From the NCBI GenBank assembly GCA_019721075.1, contig JAHEAD010000010.1, forward strand, positions 3,400-67,399: 64,000 nt of DNA, read 5' to 3'. How positions within the stretch are numbered: the first letter of the stretch is position 1; every line of letters starts with the position of its first letter. The notes below the pieces were generated by a model, which was not told the origin of the DNA, did not search any database, and saw only the letters and a program-made list of their open reading frames with translations. Positions 33,955 to 43,939 of the stretch are shown piece by piece. The position numbers and the translations under genes are program-made. The stretch is from Candidatus Sysuiplasma jiujiangense. Lineage in GTDB: Archaea; Thermoplasmatota; Thermoplasmata; Sysuiplasmatales; Sysuiplasmataceae.

Positions 33955-34728
33955 CTATTCCTTTATCGCCTTCAGGAAGAAGAGACGGTTATGTGCCACA
34001 AAACTGCCATTTTTCCTGATGAAACTGTCGAGCCGCCTTAATTTTTCCCCATATGCCGTTACTTCGAAATCAGGTATCTGCCATTCGACTATTCTCAGAT
34101 AACTTACCACCGCGCCTATGTCCTTGAAAATTGCGCGCGGTTCCGCCTCCGCCTCCTCAACTATGCTGAAGCCTGCATTCTTCAGCTGTCTTTTCGCCGT
34201 GGAAAGTGTCCACTTCACTTCCGGCACTTTCGCCCCCAGGAATGCATTCAGTTCAGATTTCAGCCCGTTTCCCACCTGCTGTGTTATGAAAACTCCTCTC
34301 GGCCTGAGGACGCGCAGAACTTCGCCGGCCTTGAACGACTCATGTCTGTCAATCACCAGATCTATAGACGAATCCCTGAACGGGAGAGCGCCTCTCTGCG
34401 GGACAGCATAATTGTCATCGCAAAACGTTCTTATCACTTCCACGCCAAGCGGGGCAAGCTTCTTCCGCGCTACAGGGACGTTGGGTGCATATCCCTCCGT
34501 TGCACAGCTGAATGGCGGCAGCGGCATCAAGTGTGAAAGCAATTCCCCTCCCCCTGTTCCCAGATCAACCATTACATTGGCACCGGGAAAATGCGCTTTC
34601 ACTATCGCACTGTAGTTCCATGGAGGAGGTTCCTCGACCAGTCTTCCCCTGAGATATGAGAAGTCCCATCCGGAAAACTGCCACGACAGCGCCTCATCAA
34701 TAAGTTCATCAAATGATTTTTCAGGAAT
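33955..34728 (-). CDS. Class I SAM-dependent methyltransferase (start possibly ATT 34728; first canonical start GTG 34602)
   Basis: VDLGTGGGE and RVLRPRGVFITQQVG. The frame is open upstream through FSGWDFSYL...PPWNY. Confidence 0.85.
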   Translation of the reverse strand: MPEKSFDELIDEALSWQFSGWDFSYLRGRLVEEPPPWNYSAIVKAHFPGANVMVDLGTGGGELLSHLMPLPPFSCATEGYAPNVPVARKKLAPLGVEVIRTFCDDNYAVPQRGALPFRDSSIDLVIDRHESFKAGEVLRVLRPRGVFITQQVGNGLKSELNAFLGAKVPEVKWTLSTAKRQLKNAGFSIVEEAEAEPRAIFKDIGAVVSYLRIVEWQIPDFEVTAYGEKLRRLDSFIRKNGSFVAHNRLFFLKAIKE

Positions 34729-35257
34729 TACCCGATCACCCGGGTAACAGGCACTTCATTCCGCTGCAAAAGCGTTTGCCTCAATATACCGAGTGCGGAA
34801 GGAAGGCGCAAGTCCCGTCCATTCGCTATGCGGACGGAGTTGAACCCTATGGATTTATTGGGAATTTGTATTCGCACAGCGGATTGCACATGCCGAATAC
34901 CAGAATTGATATCACATCCGGTCGCCTGTTCTGCGGACTTTCTGCTCAAAAATAGAATTCTCGAACGACCTTTGTGCCAATGACCTGCGGCCTTCGAATT
35001 CACTCTATTCGGCAATATGCAACGGTTGTGGGGCCGGAAAAAACACTGCCAAAGCGGCTTTTGACATTTATTGACAACATTACAGGTATAAGATGCAAGG
35101 CCGCCGGCCTGACCGGGCATGCCTGACCTCAATTTCCGATATAACTCTGTGGCCATTTCAGAATACAGGTCCGGCTGGTTTGTGCTGTCCTGAAGCGTTG
35201 CCTATTTACGACTGCATCATATTTAATAATCAGCTCAATTGTCACTCCTGGATGCCG

Positions 35258-35884
35258 ATGACCGAAAGAAGGATTATCGAATTCGATCTGACGAAAGGAT
35301 ATGCACTCATAGACGATGAAAGGACAGATCCGTTCGACATAATAGATGCGATACAGGGAGAAAGCGATCTGCTCCTCATGCACGATCTCGACAGCCTTAA
35401 CAAAAACAAACAGCAGCTGGACGTTCTTCAGGACATGGCGGAAGAAGTCGGCATATGGTACGAGGGAGGACTCAGATATGCCGACAGCCTGATAGATCCG
35501 CTGGTTTCTGGTGCTCAGAAGGTGGTTGTCGGCAACGCCTACTTCAGGGACGAAGAATATGAAAAGGCAATCAGGATGACTGACAGCGTAGTGATAGATA
35601 TTGATGCAGATTACCCCGACCGGGTCACGGGATACACAAGATCGAAATGGGATAATCTTGTTTTGAGGAGACTCGTTGGGACAGGATACGGAACGGCGAT
35701 TGCCTCGCCGACCGCGGCGCAGGACGTAATGGGCTCGCTGAAAGGCCTGAATCTTGAGCTCTGGATCCGGACGGATGAAGTCGCGGACGGGTTCGATAGG
35801 ATTACTGCCGAAATGAAAGCTGCCGGCCTGTCGGTTGCAGGCAGAATAGCAAGTGTGAAGGAGCTGCTCGAAAACAATGACTGA
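35258..35884 (+). CDS. HisA/HisF-related TIM-barrel protein
   Basis: DLD...WYEGGLR...SGAQKVVVG. Confidence 0.7.
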   Translation: MTERRIIEFDLTKGYALIDDERTDPFDIIDAIQGESDLLLMHDLDSLNKNKQQLDVLQDMAEEVGIWYEGGLRYADSLIDPLVSGAQKVVVGNAYFRDEEYEKAIRMTDSVVIDIDADYPDRVTGYTRSKWDNLVLRRLVGTGYGTAIASPTAAQDVMGSLKGLNLELWIRTDEVADGFDRITAEMKAAGLSVAGRIASVKELLENND

Positions 35885-36362
35885 CACCGAAAAACTCAGG
35901 GAAGCCGTGGCAGCGATCTACAGGAGGAAGGGGAAGAAGACGCTTACAGAAGAGGAGATAAAATTCACCTGCTCGATGGAACTTCGATGGTTTCCTCCCG
36001 AAAAGGCCGAAGTCTTTTTCCACAATGCAAAGACGGCGCGCCTGCTCGTAGCCCGGGAACAGGGATATGCTCCCGCTTTCGATGTGGACGACAGGCACAT
36101 AAGACATGTGATTAAGCCTGACGAAAGCATTGTGCTGAAGGGTGCGGACCTGGTCTCTGAAGTCGTTGAATTCATTGCTTCCTCTCTGAAACAGAGCAAA
36201 AGCGAGGTGATGGGTAAAATCAACAGGATGAAAAAAGAGATGGATATCGAAACGGCCACTGCCGCCATACTTGTCGGACTGAAAGAGGGCCTGGAGATGG
36301 AGGAGTTTGCCGGTCTGGCCCTGGATGAGCTGCAGCGCACTTACGCCGGCGGCGACACCTGA
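35877..36362 (+). CDS. DUF2240-like protein
   Basis: LREAVAAIYRRKG...SMELRWFPPEKA...PAFDV. Confidence 0.75.
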   Translation: MTDTEKLREAVAAIYRRKGKKTLTEEEIKFTCSMELRWFPPEKAEVFFHNAKTARLLVAREQGYAPAFDVDDRHIRHVIKPDESIVLKGADLVSEVVEFIASSLKQSKSEVMGKINRMKKEMDIETATAAILVGLKEGLEMEEFAGLALDELQRTYAGGDT

Positions 36363-36389
36363 AAAGGCATGTCCTGCCAGTACTGCGAA

Positions 36390-36923
36390 TCACTTTTCAA
36401 TGAAATCGCCAAGAGTAAGCTCACGCCTCTTCGCCTGCGGTACAGTGAATTCATGCCTGGTCTCTTCAATAAGCGTTATTTTGAGCTGTTTTTCGAGCTT
36501 CCTTATCAGTGAGTCGGTGGGGACAAGGGTGCCTGCCTCCAGATCGCGGATAACGCTTTTCTTTTCATTGAGTCTGGCTGCGAGTTCCTCCTGCTTCAGG
36601 CCGAGCGAATTTCTTGCTTTCATAATTCTCTTCGGGAAATCAGGGGCGAGTTCACCGATGCTGTCTAGTGCGTCCGGGGTTTCTTTCACGGAAGAGCTAA
36701 CGGCCGTCGGCCGGGCCTTGGGTCCGGGAACAATTTTCCGGCCCTTCGTAACTGAGCGTGATGCTGCTGCAGGCAGGTCGACGGGCTTGCCGAACCTTGC
36801 GCATTCCTGTCCAACCATCATTATGGCGTTTTCTATTTTCACCCTGATCAGTTTTCCCGATTCCCTGCCGCACATTTCACAGACTGCCAGATTCACACCT
36901 CCCGTGACAGGTACGCGCAGCAC
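36390..36923 (-). CDS. Archaeal multiprotein bridging factor 1 (Zn ribbon + Cro-HTH); true start probably near 36890-36896
   Basis: CEMCG...ECARFG, ARNSLGLKQEELAARLNEKKSVI and LTLGDFI. Confidence 0.9.
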   Translation of the reverse strand: MLRVPVTGGVNLAVCEMCGRESGKLIRVKIENAIMMVGQECARFGKPVDLPAAASRSVTKGRKIVPGPKARPTAVSSSVKETPDALDSIGELAPDFPKRIMKARNSLGLKQEELAARLNEKKSVIRDLEAGTLVPTDSLIRKLEKQLKITLIEETRHEFTVPQAKRRELTLGDFIEK

Positions 36924-37125
36924 TCTGCAGTTGTCTCAATGCAGTCCGAAGGCGACTCAAAAATCTCATATCCATTTCTCTCAACTCTGTATCCATGTTA
37001 CATAGAACATACTATCTAACATTTGCTAGCAGGCATTTTGGACGATGATTTTCTATCACAAAGTTTTTAATTAACGGAGACCAATAAGCCACTAGAATTT
37101 TAAGACGGCATGAGGTGCATAAATT

Positions 37126-38340
37126 TTGTCTGAAGGGACCAGGATCGACAGCGAGGATGAGATTTACAGAAGACTGCTTCTTCTCGAGGAAAGGAACACA
37201 CAGCTGATGGAGCAGGCAAGAAGGGTCGAAGGCGAAAAAAGATATGTTCAGAGTGAGCTGGACAGGCTTCAAAGAGAGCTCAAAAGGCTGAAAAATGAGC
37301 TTGACAGGCTCAAGGCGCCGCCTCTTATCATTGGAAACATCAGGGACATCCTGGCCGACGGACGTGTCGTTGTAAAGAGTTCGACAGGACCGGATTTTGT
37401 TGTCAACATTTCGGACAATGTTGATGCGGCAGATATAGAGATCGGCGCAAGGGTAGCGCTGAACAAACAGACGCTCGCAGTAATGGGTCTGCTTCCCTCG
37501 TCTCTTGATCCAATAGTCACTGGCGCAGAAGTTATAGACAAGCCTGATGCATCATACGCGGAGATAGGCGGTCTTGAGAAACAGCTGGTCGAAGTCAGGG
37601 AGGCGGTGGAGGACCCGCTGCTTCGCCCAGAACTCTACAGGAAAATAGGCATCGAGCCGCCAAAGGGCATTCTGCTGGTCGGTCCGCCGGGCACAGGCAA
37701 GACGCTGATAGCAAAGGCAGTTGCACACAACACTAATGCCACTTTCATAAGGCTTGTCGGCTCTGAACTTGTCCAGAAATACATAGGGGAGGGTGCTAGA
37801 CTGGTCAGGGAACTCTTTGAACTGGCCAAGCAGAAGGCACCAAGCATCGTCTTCATTGATGAACTTGACTCCGTCGGCGCGAAGAGACTAGATGCGGCAA
37901 CTTCAGGTGACAGGGAAGTACAGCGCACACTGATGCAGCTGCTCGCCGAACTGGACGGTTTCAATCCCCTCGGCAATGTCAAGATAATTGCGGCATCAAA
38001 CAGACCGGACATACTGGACGATGCGCTTCTGAGACCGGGCCGCTTTGACAGGATCATCAAGGTGCCGCCTCCCGGGGTGGAGGCCAGAAAGGAGATTTTC
38101 AGGATACACACCGTGAAGATGAACACGGACCATTCGATCGATTTTGATGAGCTTGCGGTCAAAACTGAAGGCGCTACCGGGGCGGACATACATGCCATCT
38201 GCACAGAAGCTGGCATGTTCGCCATCAGGGATAACAGGGACAGCGTTCTGATGTCAGATTTCGAAAAGAGCATTTCCAAGGTGCTCGGCGAAGAAATGCC
38301 GCATACCCCTGCAGGTGAAGCTGGCCCTATGTTCGCGTGA
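37126..38340 (+). CDS. pan: Proteasome-activating nucleotidase
   Basis: N-terminal coiled coil, PPLIIG, VVKSSTGP, GPPGTGKT, KYIGEG, RPGRFDR and C-terminal MFA. Confidence 0.97.
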   Translation: MSEGTRIDSEDEIYRRLLLLEERNTQLMEQARRVEGEKRYVQSELDRLQRELKRLKNELDRLKAPPLIIGNIRDILADGRVVVKSSTGPDFVVNISDNVDAADIEIGARVALNKQTLAVMGLLPSSLDPIVTGAEVIDKPDASYAEIGGLEKQLVEVREAVEDPLLRPELYRKIGIEPPKGILLVGPPGTGKTLIAKAVAHNTNATFIRLVGSELVQKYIGEGARLVRELFELAKQKAPSIVFIDELDSVGAKRLDAATSGDREVQRTLMQLLAELDGFNPLGNVKIIAASNRPDILDDALLRPGRFDRIIKVPPPGVEARKEIFRIHTVKMNTDHSIDFDELAVKTEGATGADIHAICTEAGMFAIRDNRDSVLMSDFEKSISKVLGEEMPHTPAGEAGPMFA

Positions 38341-38608
38341 CACCTTCGCCGCTGATTCGCTCCTCAACATCCTCTTCAAACACGAGGGGACCGATGTAAT
38401 TGCATCTCTTGCAGTGATATTTCTGCCCTGTAATCATGCCTGCTTCATAATACAGATCCGTTGAGCCGCAGCTGGGACATTTCCTGACGGTCCTCCGTGT
38501 CACCGTAAAGCCGCAACTGGCACACCTGAACCATCTCGTTCCGCCCTTCCTGGTGACATTTGTGTCGGCGGAACCGCACTCCGGACAGCTGCTTTGTTTG
38601 AATCTCAA
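38327..38608 (-). CDS. Double Zn-ribbon protein (start uncertain; ORF open to 38665)
   Basis: Four CxxC pairs: CPEC, CASC, CPSC and CKRC. Confidence 0.75.
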   Translation of the reverse strand: MRFKQSSCPECGSADTNVTRKGGTRWFRCASCGFTVTRRTVRKCPSCGSTDLYYEAGMITGQKYHCKRCNYIGPLVFEEDVEERISGEGVTRT

Positions 38609-38769
38609 TATTGGTTGAAGGGCGTCCGGGTATTTTACGTTTCCATACGGTATGCTGGCCCTCAACCGTTGCCGTCCACAGGGAAGGCACCTTGCAAAAT
38701 CAAGAGTGATAATGACCTGTTACAGCTTATATACTGCATAATTGCCTCTCCCCAAAAAAGGCGAGGGAA

Positions 38770-39114
38770 ATGCAACCTTTTGAAGCAATGCAACTGATGA
38801 CCGACGAATATGCGGTAAAGATACTTGTGGGAACGATGCGGAAGCCGAGAACTGCAATAGATCTCTCCGAGCTGTTCGGGATACCCATTGCGGCCTGCTA
38901 CAGGAAAATAAGGCTCCTTGAAGAGATGGGTCTCATCTCCTGTATCGAGCGGCGGCTTACAAGAGAAGGCAAGCGCATAAGCGTTTACCAGTCGCAGCTC
39001 AAGAATGCCTATATGTCATTTGAGGACGGAAGACTCAGGGTCAGGTTTGAGCTGGCAAATGGCGTGGTACAGGACTCCGGGGATCAGAGTCTGGTAACTT
39101 CAATAACTGTCTGA
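38770..39114 (+). CDS. Winged-HTH (ArsR-like) transcription regulator
   Basis: TDEYAVKIL...GIPIAACYRKIRLLEEMGLI; paralog of 52129-52467. Confidence 0.85.
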   Translation: MQPFEAMQLMTDEYAVKILVGTMRKPRTAIDLSELFGIPIAACYRKIRLLEEMGLISCIERRLTREGKRISVYQSQLKNAYMSFEDGRLRVRFELANGVVQDSGDQSLVTSITV

Positions 39115-39380
39115 AGCAGATAAGCCTGAAACTGCCGGACATTAAACACCTTTCTGCCATTTCGTCTGAGCGATTGTTTTTTTTATCCGGCCGGTTGCCC
39201 AATACTGTTGCCTGCTGCCGGCCTTTTGACAGTTTAATCGTGAAACGGAGAGGCTGGCGGGCGTTCCGGCTTTCGAATGAATACTGGTCTCACCTTGATA
39301 CTTAGTAATTTTATTCTACATGGATTTCAGATAATACATTTTGACCAAAGATTTATACTGAAACAGTTAATTGCTTAACG

Positions 39381-40982
39381 ATGCGGACAGTGCTGATAAG
39401 GCCTACGAATCCGTCCGGCAGTGCATATCTGACCAAATGGGGATTCCTCCCTGCCCCGCTCGGGCTGCTTCAGCTCGCCGGTGAGCTTCAGAGACTCGAC
39501 AACTCCAGCATCAGGATTATCGACATGGAGGCCGAGAGCATGACAGTGGAGCGGGTGCTCGACGAGATTTCGGCATTCAGGCCTGACATGATAGGCATCA
39601 CAATCCACGCGACCGCGGCACACGGCACCTCCTGCGAAATTGCTCGCAGAGTGAAGCAGCGTTTTCCTGATACTGTTATCGTGGCAGGAGGTCATCATGC
39701 AACCTTCCTTCCCAATGATCTTCTGCGGGAGGGGTTTGACATCGTCGTCCTGGGGGAAGGCGATTTCACTTTCGCCGAAATAGCATCTGCCGTGGATGCC
39801 GGCACAGACCTCGGCCTCATTCCTGGAATAGTCTACAAGGCCAAGGGGAAGTTCGTCCGCACAGGCCGGAGGGGGCTTATCGAGGATCTTGACACGCTTG
39901 CATTTCCGGCACTGGAACTGATAGATGCTTCAAAGTACACCTTCTCGGTTTTCGGAAAGGAGAGCAGGGTGCTCTGCCTGGAAACATCACGCGGCTGTCC
40001 GTATGCATGCGATTTCTGCTCTGTCACGCCGACATGGGGTAACAAGTGGCGGAACAAGTCAAACGCGAGGATTATTGAGGAGATGCACAACGCTGAAAAA
40101 TTCGGCTACGACTGGATATTCTTTACGGATGACATATTCATCGTTTTCCCGAACACAAAGCAGAGGGCTTTGCTCTTCCGGTCAATGATGGATAACGGTT
40201 TTGATTTCAGATGGATCGTTCAGATGAGGGCCGACGTGACAGCAAAGAATCCGGAGCTGATAAGGAAGGGAGCTGAGGCAGGCATGAGCGTGGCCTTCAT
40301 GGGCATCGAGTCCGGCAGCCAGGAGATCCTTCGCAAAATGCACAAGGGTATTTTTACGCCGCAGTCTGTGGACGCCGTAAGGATACTCAGCGGAAACGGC
40401 GTGATTGTACTGTGCGGCATGATGATCGGCGCGCCGTACGAAAGGCTCAGGGACATGATTACGACGGTCAGGTTTTCGAACAAACTGGCGGATGCCGGTG
40501 CTGATGCCGTACAGTTCAGCATATACACCCCGCTTCCCGGTACAAGGGTGTTCGACGATGCACTCAGGAACGGCAGGCTCTTTACGCTTGACTGGGACAG
40601 GTATGATGTTCTTACGCCGGTCATGAAGACAAAGGTGCATCCTGCAGTTGTCCAGCTTGTCCAGTTCTATGCCAATTATTCCTTCTATGTCAGAAAATAC
40701 CTGCTCTCGAAGATGGGGCGGAGAGCCGTACATGAGAGAAAAGAGAAGCTTGTTTCTGACGCAACGCGGTTCATATTTGAAATGATGCCGGAATACATAA
40801 GGGATATGACAAAGTTCCCTGCGCAGCTCATCAGAACCAGCAGACTGTATGCGTCCCTTGCCAGGAACGCAGGCATTGCGAAAGATGCTGTGGCCGAACT
40901 TATGGAGAACTCAAACAGCGTGATTTACCTGCAGAAGCCAGGCACTGCCAATCCCTATTTCAGGATAAAGCAGGAGCAGTGA
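39381..40982 (+). CDS. B12-binding domain radical SAM protein
   Basis: PLGLL, GGHHAT, GEGD, TSRGCPYACDFC, GIESG and TPLPGT. Confidence 0.93.
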   Translation: MRTVLIRPTNPSGSAYLTKWGFLPAPLGLLQLAGELQRLDNSSIRIIDMEAESMTVERVLDEISAFRPDMIGITIHATAAHGTSCEIARRVKQRFPDTVIVAGGHHATFLPNDLLREGFDIVVLGEGDFTFAEIASAVDAGTDLGLIPGIVYKAKGKFVRTGRRGLIEDLDTLAFPALELIDASKYTFSVFGKESRVLCLETSRGCPYACDFCSVTPTWGNKWRNKSNARIIEEMHNAEKFGYDWIFFTDDIFIVFPNTKQRALLFRSMMDNGFDFRWIVQMRADVTAKNPELIRKGAEAGMSVAFMGIESGSQEILRKMHKGIFTPQSVDAVRILSGNGVIVLCGMMIGAPYERLRDMITTVRFSNKLADAGADAVQFSIYTPLPGTRVFDDALRNGRLFTLDWDRYDVLTPVMKTKVHPAVVQLVQFYANYSFYVRKYLLSKMGRRAVHERKEKLVSDATRFIFEMMPEYIRDMTKFPAQLIRTSRLYASLARNAGIAKDAVAELMENSNSVIYLQKPGTANPYFRIKQEQ

Positions 40983-40991
40983 GCCTTTCTG

Positions 40992-41453
40992 CTACTGCTT
41001 CTTCCGCCTGTTCCTTTTCGATACGGCATAATCCATTTCCAGTGCGGCCCTGTATTTGGCCCACATTGCACCGACCCTTGCCTCGAATGTAGAGGCCGGC
41101 TCGGGTTCACCTGTCTTGAAGGTTTCGCGGAACACCATGTTGAGGACAGTGCGGTTGCGCCCATCTTCGCTTAACGTGTAGTCGCCTATCTCGTTGACGC
41201 CGTCATCATAATCAACAAGATGCCAGGACGACTTGGGTTTCAGGGACACAATCCTGATGCCCTCAGTGCTCCTGCCGCCGGTATTGTAATGTGCTATCCA
41301 TACAACCGTGCTCTTTGTCTTTTCAAAAATATGTCTCGTCCATGTTGCGCCGATCAGCTTTGCGTCGTCTTCCCTGTAATCGGTGCACCAGTCGTAGACA
41401 AACGTCCTCGGTGCCTCGAACGTCACTGAAAGGCGGTAAACACGTGTTTTCAT
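40992..41453 (-). CDS. Hypothetical protein, possible SRPBCC/START fold
   Basis: FEAPRTFVYDWCTDY N-terminus and a C-terminal helix pattern. Confidence 0.6.
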   Translation of the reverse strand: MKTRVYRLSVTFEAPRTFVYDWCTDYREDDAKLIGATWTRHIFEKTKSTVVWIAHYNTGGRSTEGIRIVSLKPKSSWHLVDYDDGVNEIGDYTLSEDGRNRTVLNMVFRETFKTGEPEPASTFEARVGAMWAKYRAALEMDYAVSKRNRRKKQ

Positions 41454-41573
41454 AATCAGAGTATTGCAATGATGGATTATAAACATGCATCCGTAAAGAG
41501 CTGCAGATTGCGGCACTGACTTTTTGAATGGCGCTGGAACCGGGACGAGCTCTGCCGAGCTGCCGCAGGCCGC

Positions 41574-42644
41574 TCAGTTGATGGAAATGTCGAAAACAGA
41601 CTCGAAGCGTTTTCGCCGGTAGTTTGCACCCAGGCTTCCCACGACCGGAAGCTGGTAGGAACACTTCATGCACCTGTTCCTGCCGTCAAGATTCCATGAT
41701 GTTATTTCAAACCCGTATCTGCCGATTGCGACACTGCCGCATCCCGGGCAGTATGTGCTCTCAAGCCTGTGCCCTGGCACATTACCGATATAGACATACC
41801 TGAGCCCCTGGGCGCGGGCAACCTCGTAGTGCCTTTCAAGCGTCTCAACAGGAGTGAAGGGGAAATCCATCATCCTGTAGTCCGGATGGAAGCGGAGGAA
41901 ATGAATGGGCACATCCGGTCCGTAGCTGTCGTAAATCCATCTGCAGAGTTTTTCGGCCTCCGCGAGGCTGTCACCGACGCCAGGCACAATGAGATCCGTG
42001 AACTCCACATGTATATTCGTCTTATTCCTTATCTCGTCAAGATATGTGAAAATAGGTCCGGCGTCTGGAATGCCGATATATTTCCTTACAAAATTCCTTT
42101 CTGCATTTCCCTTGAAGTCAACGGTTATCGCGTCGAGGAACGTTGAAAGATGGCTGACACCTTCCGGAGTCCCGTATCCGTTTGACACAAACAGGTTGAA
42201 CAGTCCTCTAGATCGTGCAATCCTGCCAATGTCTTCCGCAAACTCAGTGTAGATTGAAGGTTCATTGTATGTGTAGGCAATGCCCTCACAGTTCTTTTTC
42301 ACTGCCATTTCCACAACTTCGGCGGGCCGGAGTTCCGCGCCTTCCACCTTTCTCCTCTGACTTATGTCAAAATTCTGGCAGTAATGGCAGAGCCAGTTGC
42401 AGCCAGTTGTGGCAATAGAGAATATACGTGTGCCGGGATTGAAATGGACCAGCGGTTTTTTCTCTATGGGGTCTATGTGCCCGGTGATCACCCTTCCATA
42501 AACAAGCAGCTGCAGTCTCCCGCCCACATTCTGCCTTATGCCGCACAGACCGGTCTGTCCCTCGGCAAGTCTGCAGTACCTGGCGCACGCTGTGCATCTT
42601 ATCCTGCCGTTGTCCGCGATTTCGAAAAGGGTTGCTTCCTTCAT
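41574..42644 (-). CDS. AmmeMemoRadiSam-system radical SAM enzyme
   Basis: CTACARYC, DPIEKKPL, GCNWLCHYCQN, YTYNEP and LRYVYIGNVPG. Confidence 0.92.
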   Translation of the reverse strand: MKEATLFEIADNGRIRCTACARYCRLAEGQTGLCGIRQNVGGRLQLLVYGRVITGHIDPIEKKPLVHFNPGTRIFSIATTGCNWLCHYCQNFDISQRRKVEGAELRPAEVVEMAVKKNCEGIAYTYNEPSIYTEFAEDIGRIARSRGLFNLFVSNGYGTPEGVSHLSTFLDAITVDFKGNAERNFVRKYIGIPDAGPIFTYLDEIRNKTNIHVEFTDLIVPGVGDSLAEAEKLCRWIYDSYGPDVPIHFLRFHPDYRMMDFPFTPVETLERHYEVARAQGLRYVYIGNVPGHRLESTYCPGCGSVAIGRYGFEITSWNLDGRNRCMKCSYQLPVVGSLGANYRRKRFESVFDISIN

Positions 42645-42699
42645 CCGTCACCGTACTATCCTGCTGCAGCTTAAAAAGGGTTTGCAGCAGAATTTCCGT

Positions 42700-43437
42700 T
42701 CAGCTGTAAAGGCCGTACGGCTCCTTTATTGCGGGTTCCGCCTGCTTCCTCACCTTTTCCATCTGTGCCTGTATCTGAACGGCTTCCGCCAGAAGAGGTC
42801 TTATTGAAAAATTGAACGGCTTGAACAGGCTGTTGAGTCCTTCGACCACAGCAGCGGCGGCCGCCGCGTCCGGAACGTCGACCATGGATTCGGCAAACAG
42901 CCCTATCACATCATGATTTCCCATTCTCCCCTCGTTCAGCATGATTGCTGAAACACCGGAAATCATTCCTGTATCGAGAACGTCGAGCTTTGCATCGCTT
43001 ATCATCCTTCTTGCATTGTCCGTCGTGCCAACGGCCCACATACGCGGCTTGGTTGCAAGCGGTCTGGTGTCATCCTCGGCTGAAAGACCGTCGAGCGAAA
43101 CAAAGATTTTACATCCGGAGTCGAGTCCCCACTTTATCAGTTCCCTGACAACCGGTCTGTGCGTCCTGGGAGGCAGCGGTATCTCGCTTGTGAATATCGC
43201 CATGTTCAGCTTTTCCGAGCAGTATATCCTCGACGGAAGTTTGGGCCTCGCGTTATAAACCATGGACACGGGCGGAAAGTCATCCGAGTCCATGGCTGCA
43301 ACCTGATTCATTGAATTGCTCGCAATTATATGATTTGCGGCGATGCCGGCCACCATTCCGATGCCGGTGGAGCTTTCAATCAGGACGCCGTCCTTGAGAT
43401 GCACATCACTCAGTTTTCTGGTAACAACATCTGTCAA
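42700..43437 (-). CDS. Proteasome assembly chaperone (PAC2/Pba family)
   Basis: GIGMVAGIAA, SDDFPP, GMISGVSA and PDAAAAA; C-terminal LYS fits HbYX. Start placed at TTG 43437. Confidence 0.85.
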   Translation of the reverse strand: MTDVVTRKLSDVHLKDGVLIESSTGIGMVAGIAANHIIASNSMNQVAAMDSDDFPPVSMVYNARPKLPSRIYCSEKLNMAIFTSEIPLPPRTHRPVVRELIKWGLDSGCKIFVSLDGLSAEDDTRPLATKPRMWAVGTTDNARRMISDAKLDVLDTGMISGVSAIMLNEGRMGNHDVIGLFAESMVDVPDAAAAAAVVEGLNSLFKPFNFSIRPLLAEAVQIQAQMEKVRKQAEPAIKEPYGLYS

Positions 43438-43939
43438 GCAAATTACCTCTCGCACATATTGTCTTAACTACTATTTTATTTAGACCGGAAAATCCGGCAG
43501 GACAGGAATGATCACATGCGTAACAGTCTGATGTTGTCTTCTGAGCAGACAGAGAATATGTTCTGCGAATCCGCCAAAAGGGTTGATGCGCATCGGGCAT
43601 CCGGGGAAAATGCGATTCTTCCTAACTTGTTTGAAACAGTCTGCCGGAAAGAACGATTTTTCAGTAAGCAGAGTGAAGGTCTGTTCTCACAGCCTGCGTG
43701 AGCCCTGCCGGATGGCCTCTCCGGGGAAATAAACGCATCTGGCTGACAGTTTGACCAGCCTCAGGCATGAAATCAGCACGTCGTTCCGACACCCTTCACA
43801 TCCGGTTGCAGTGCAAGCGCGCAACACTTGTCCGAAATACAGATTTCAGACTAAGACGGTGCGGGAGGCGCAGTGGGTAAGGAGAAGGGAAAATTATGAA
43901 TTGCAGCACATGATGTCTCATTCCCGGCTGAACGCCGGG

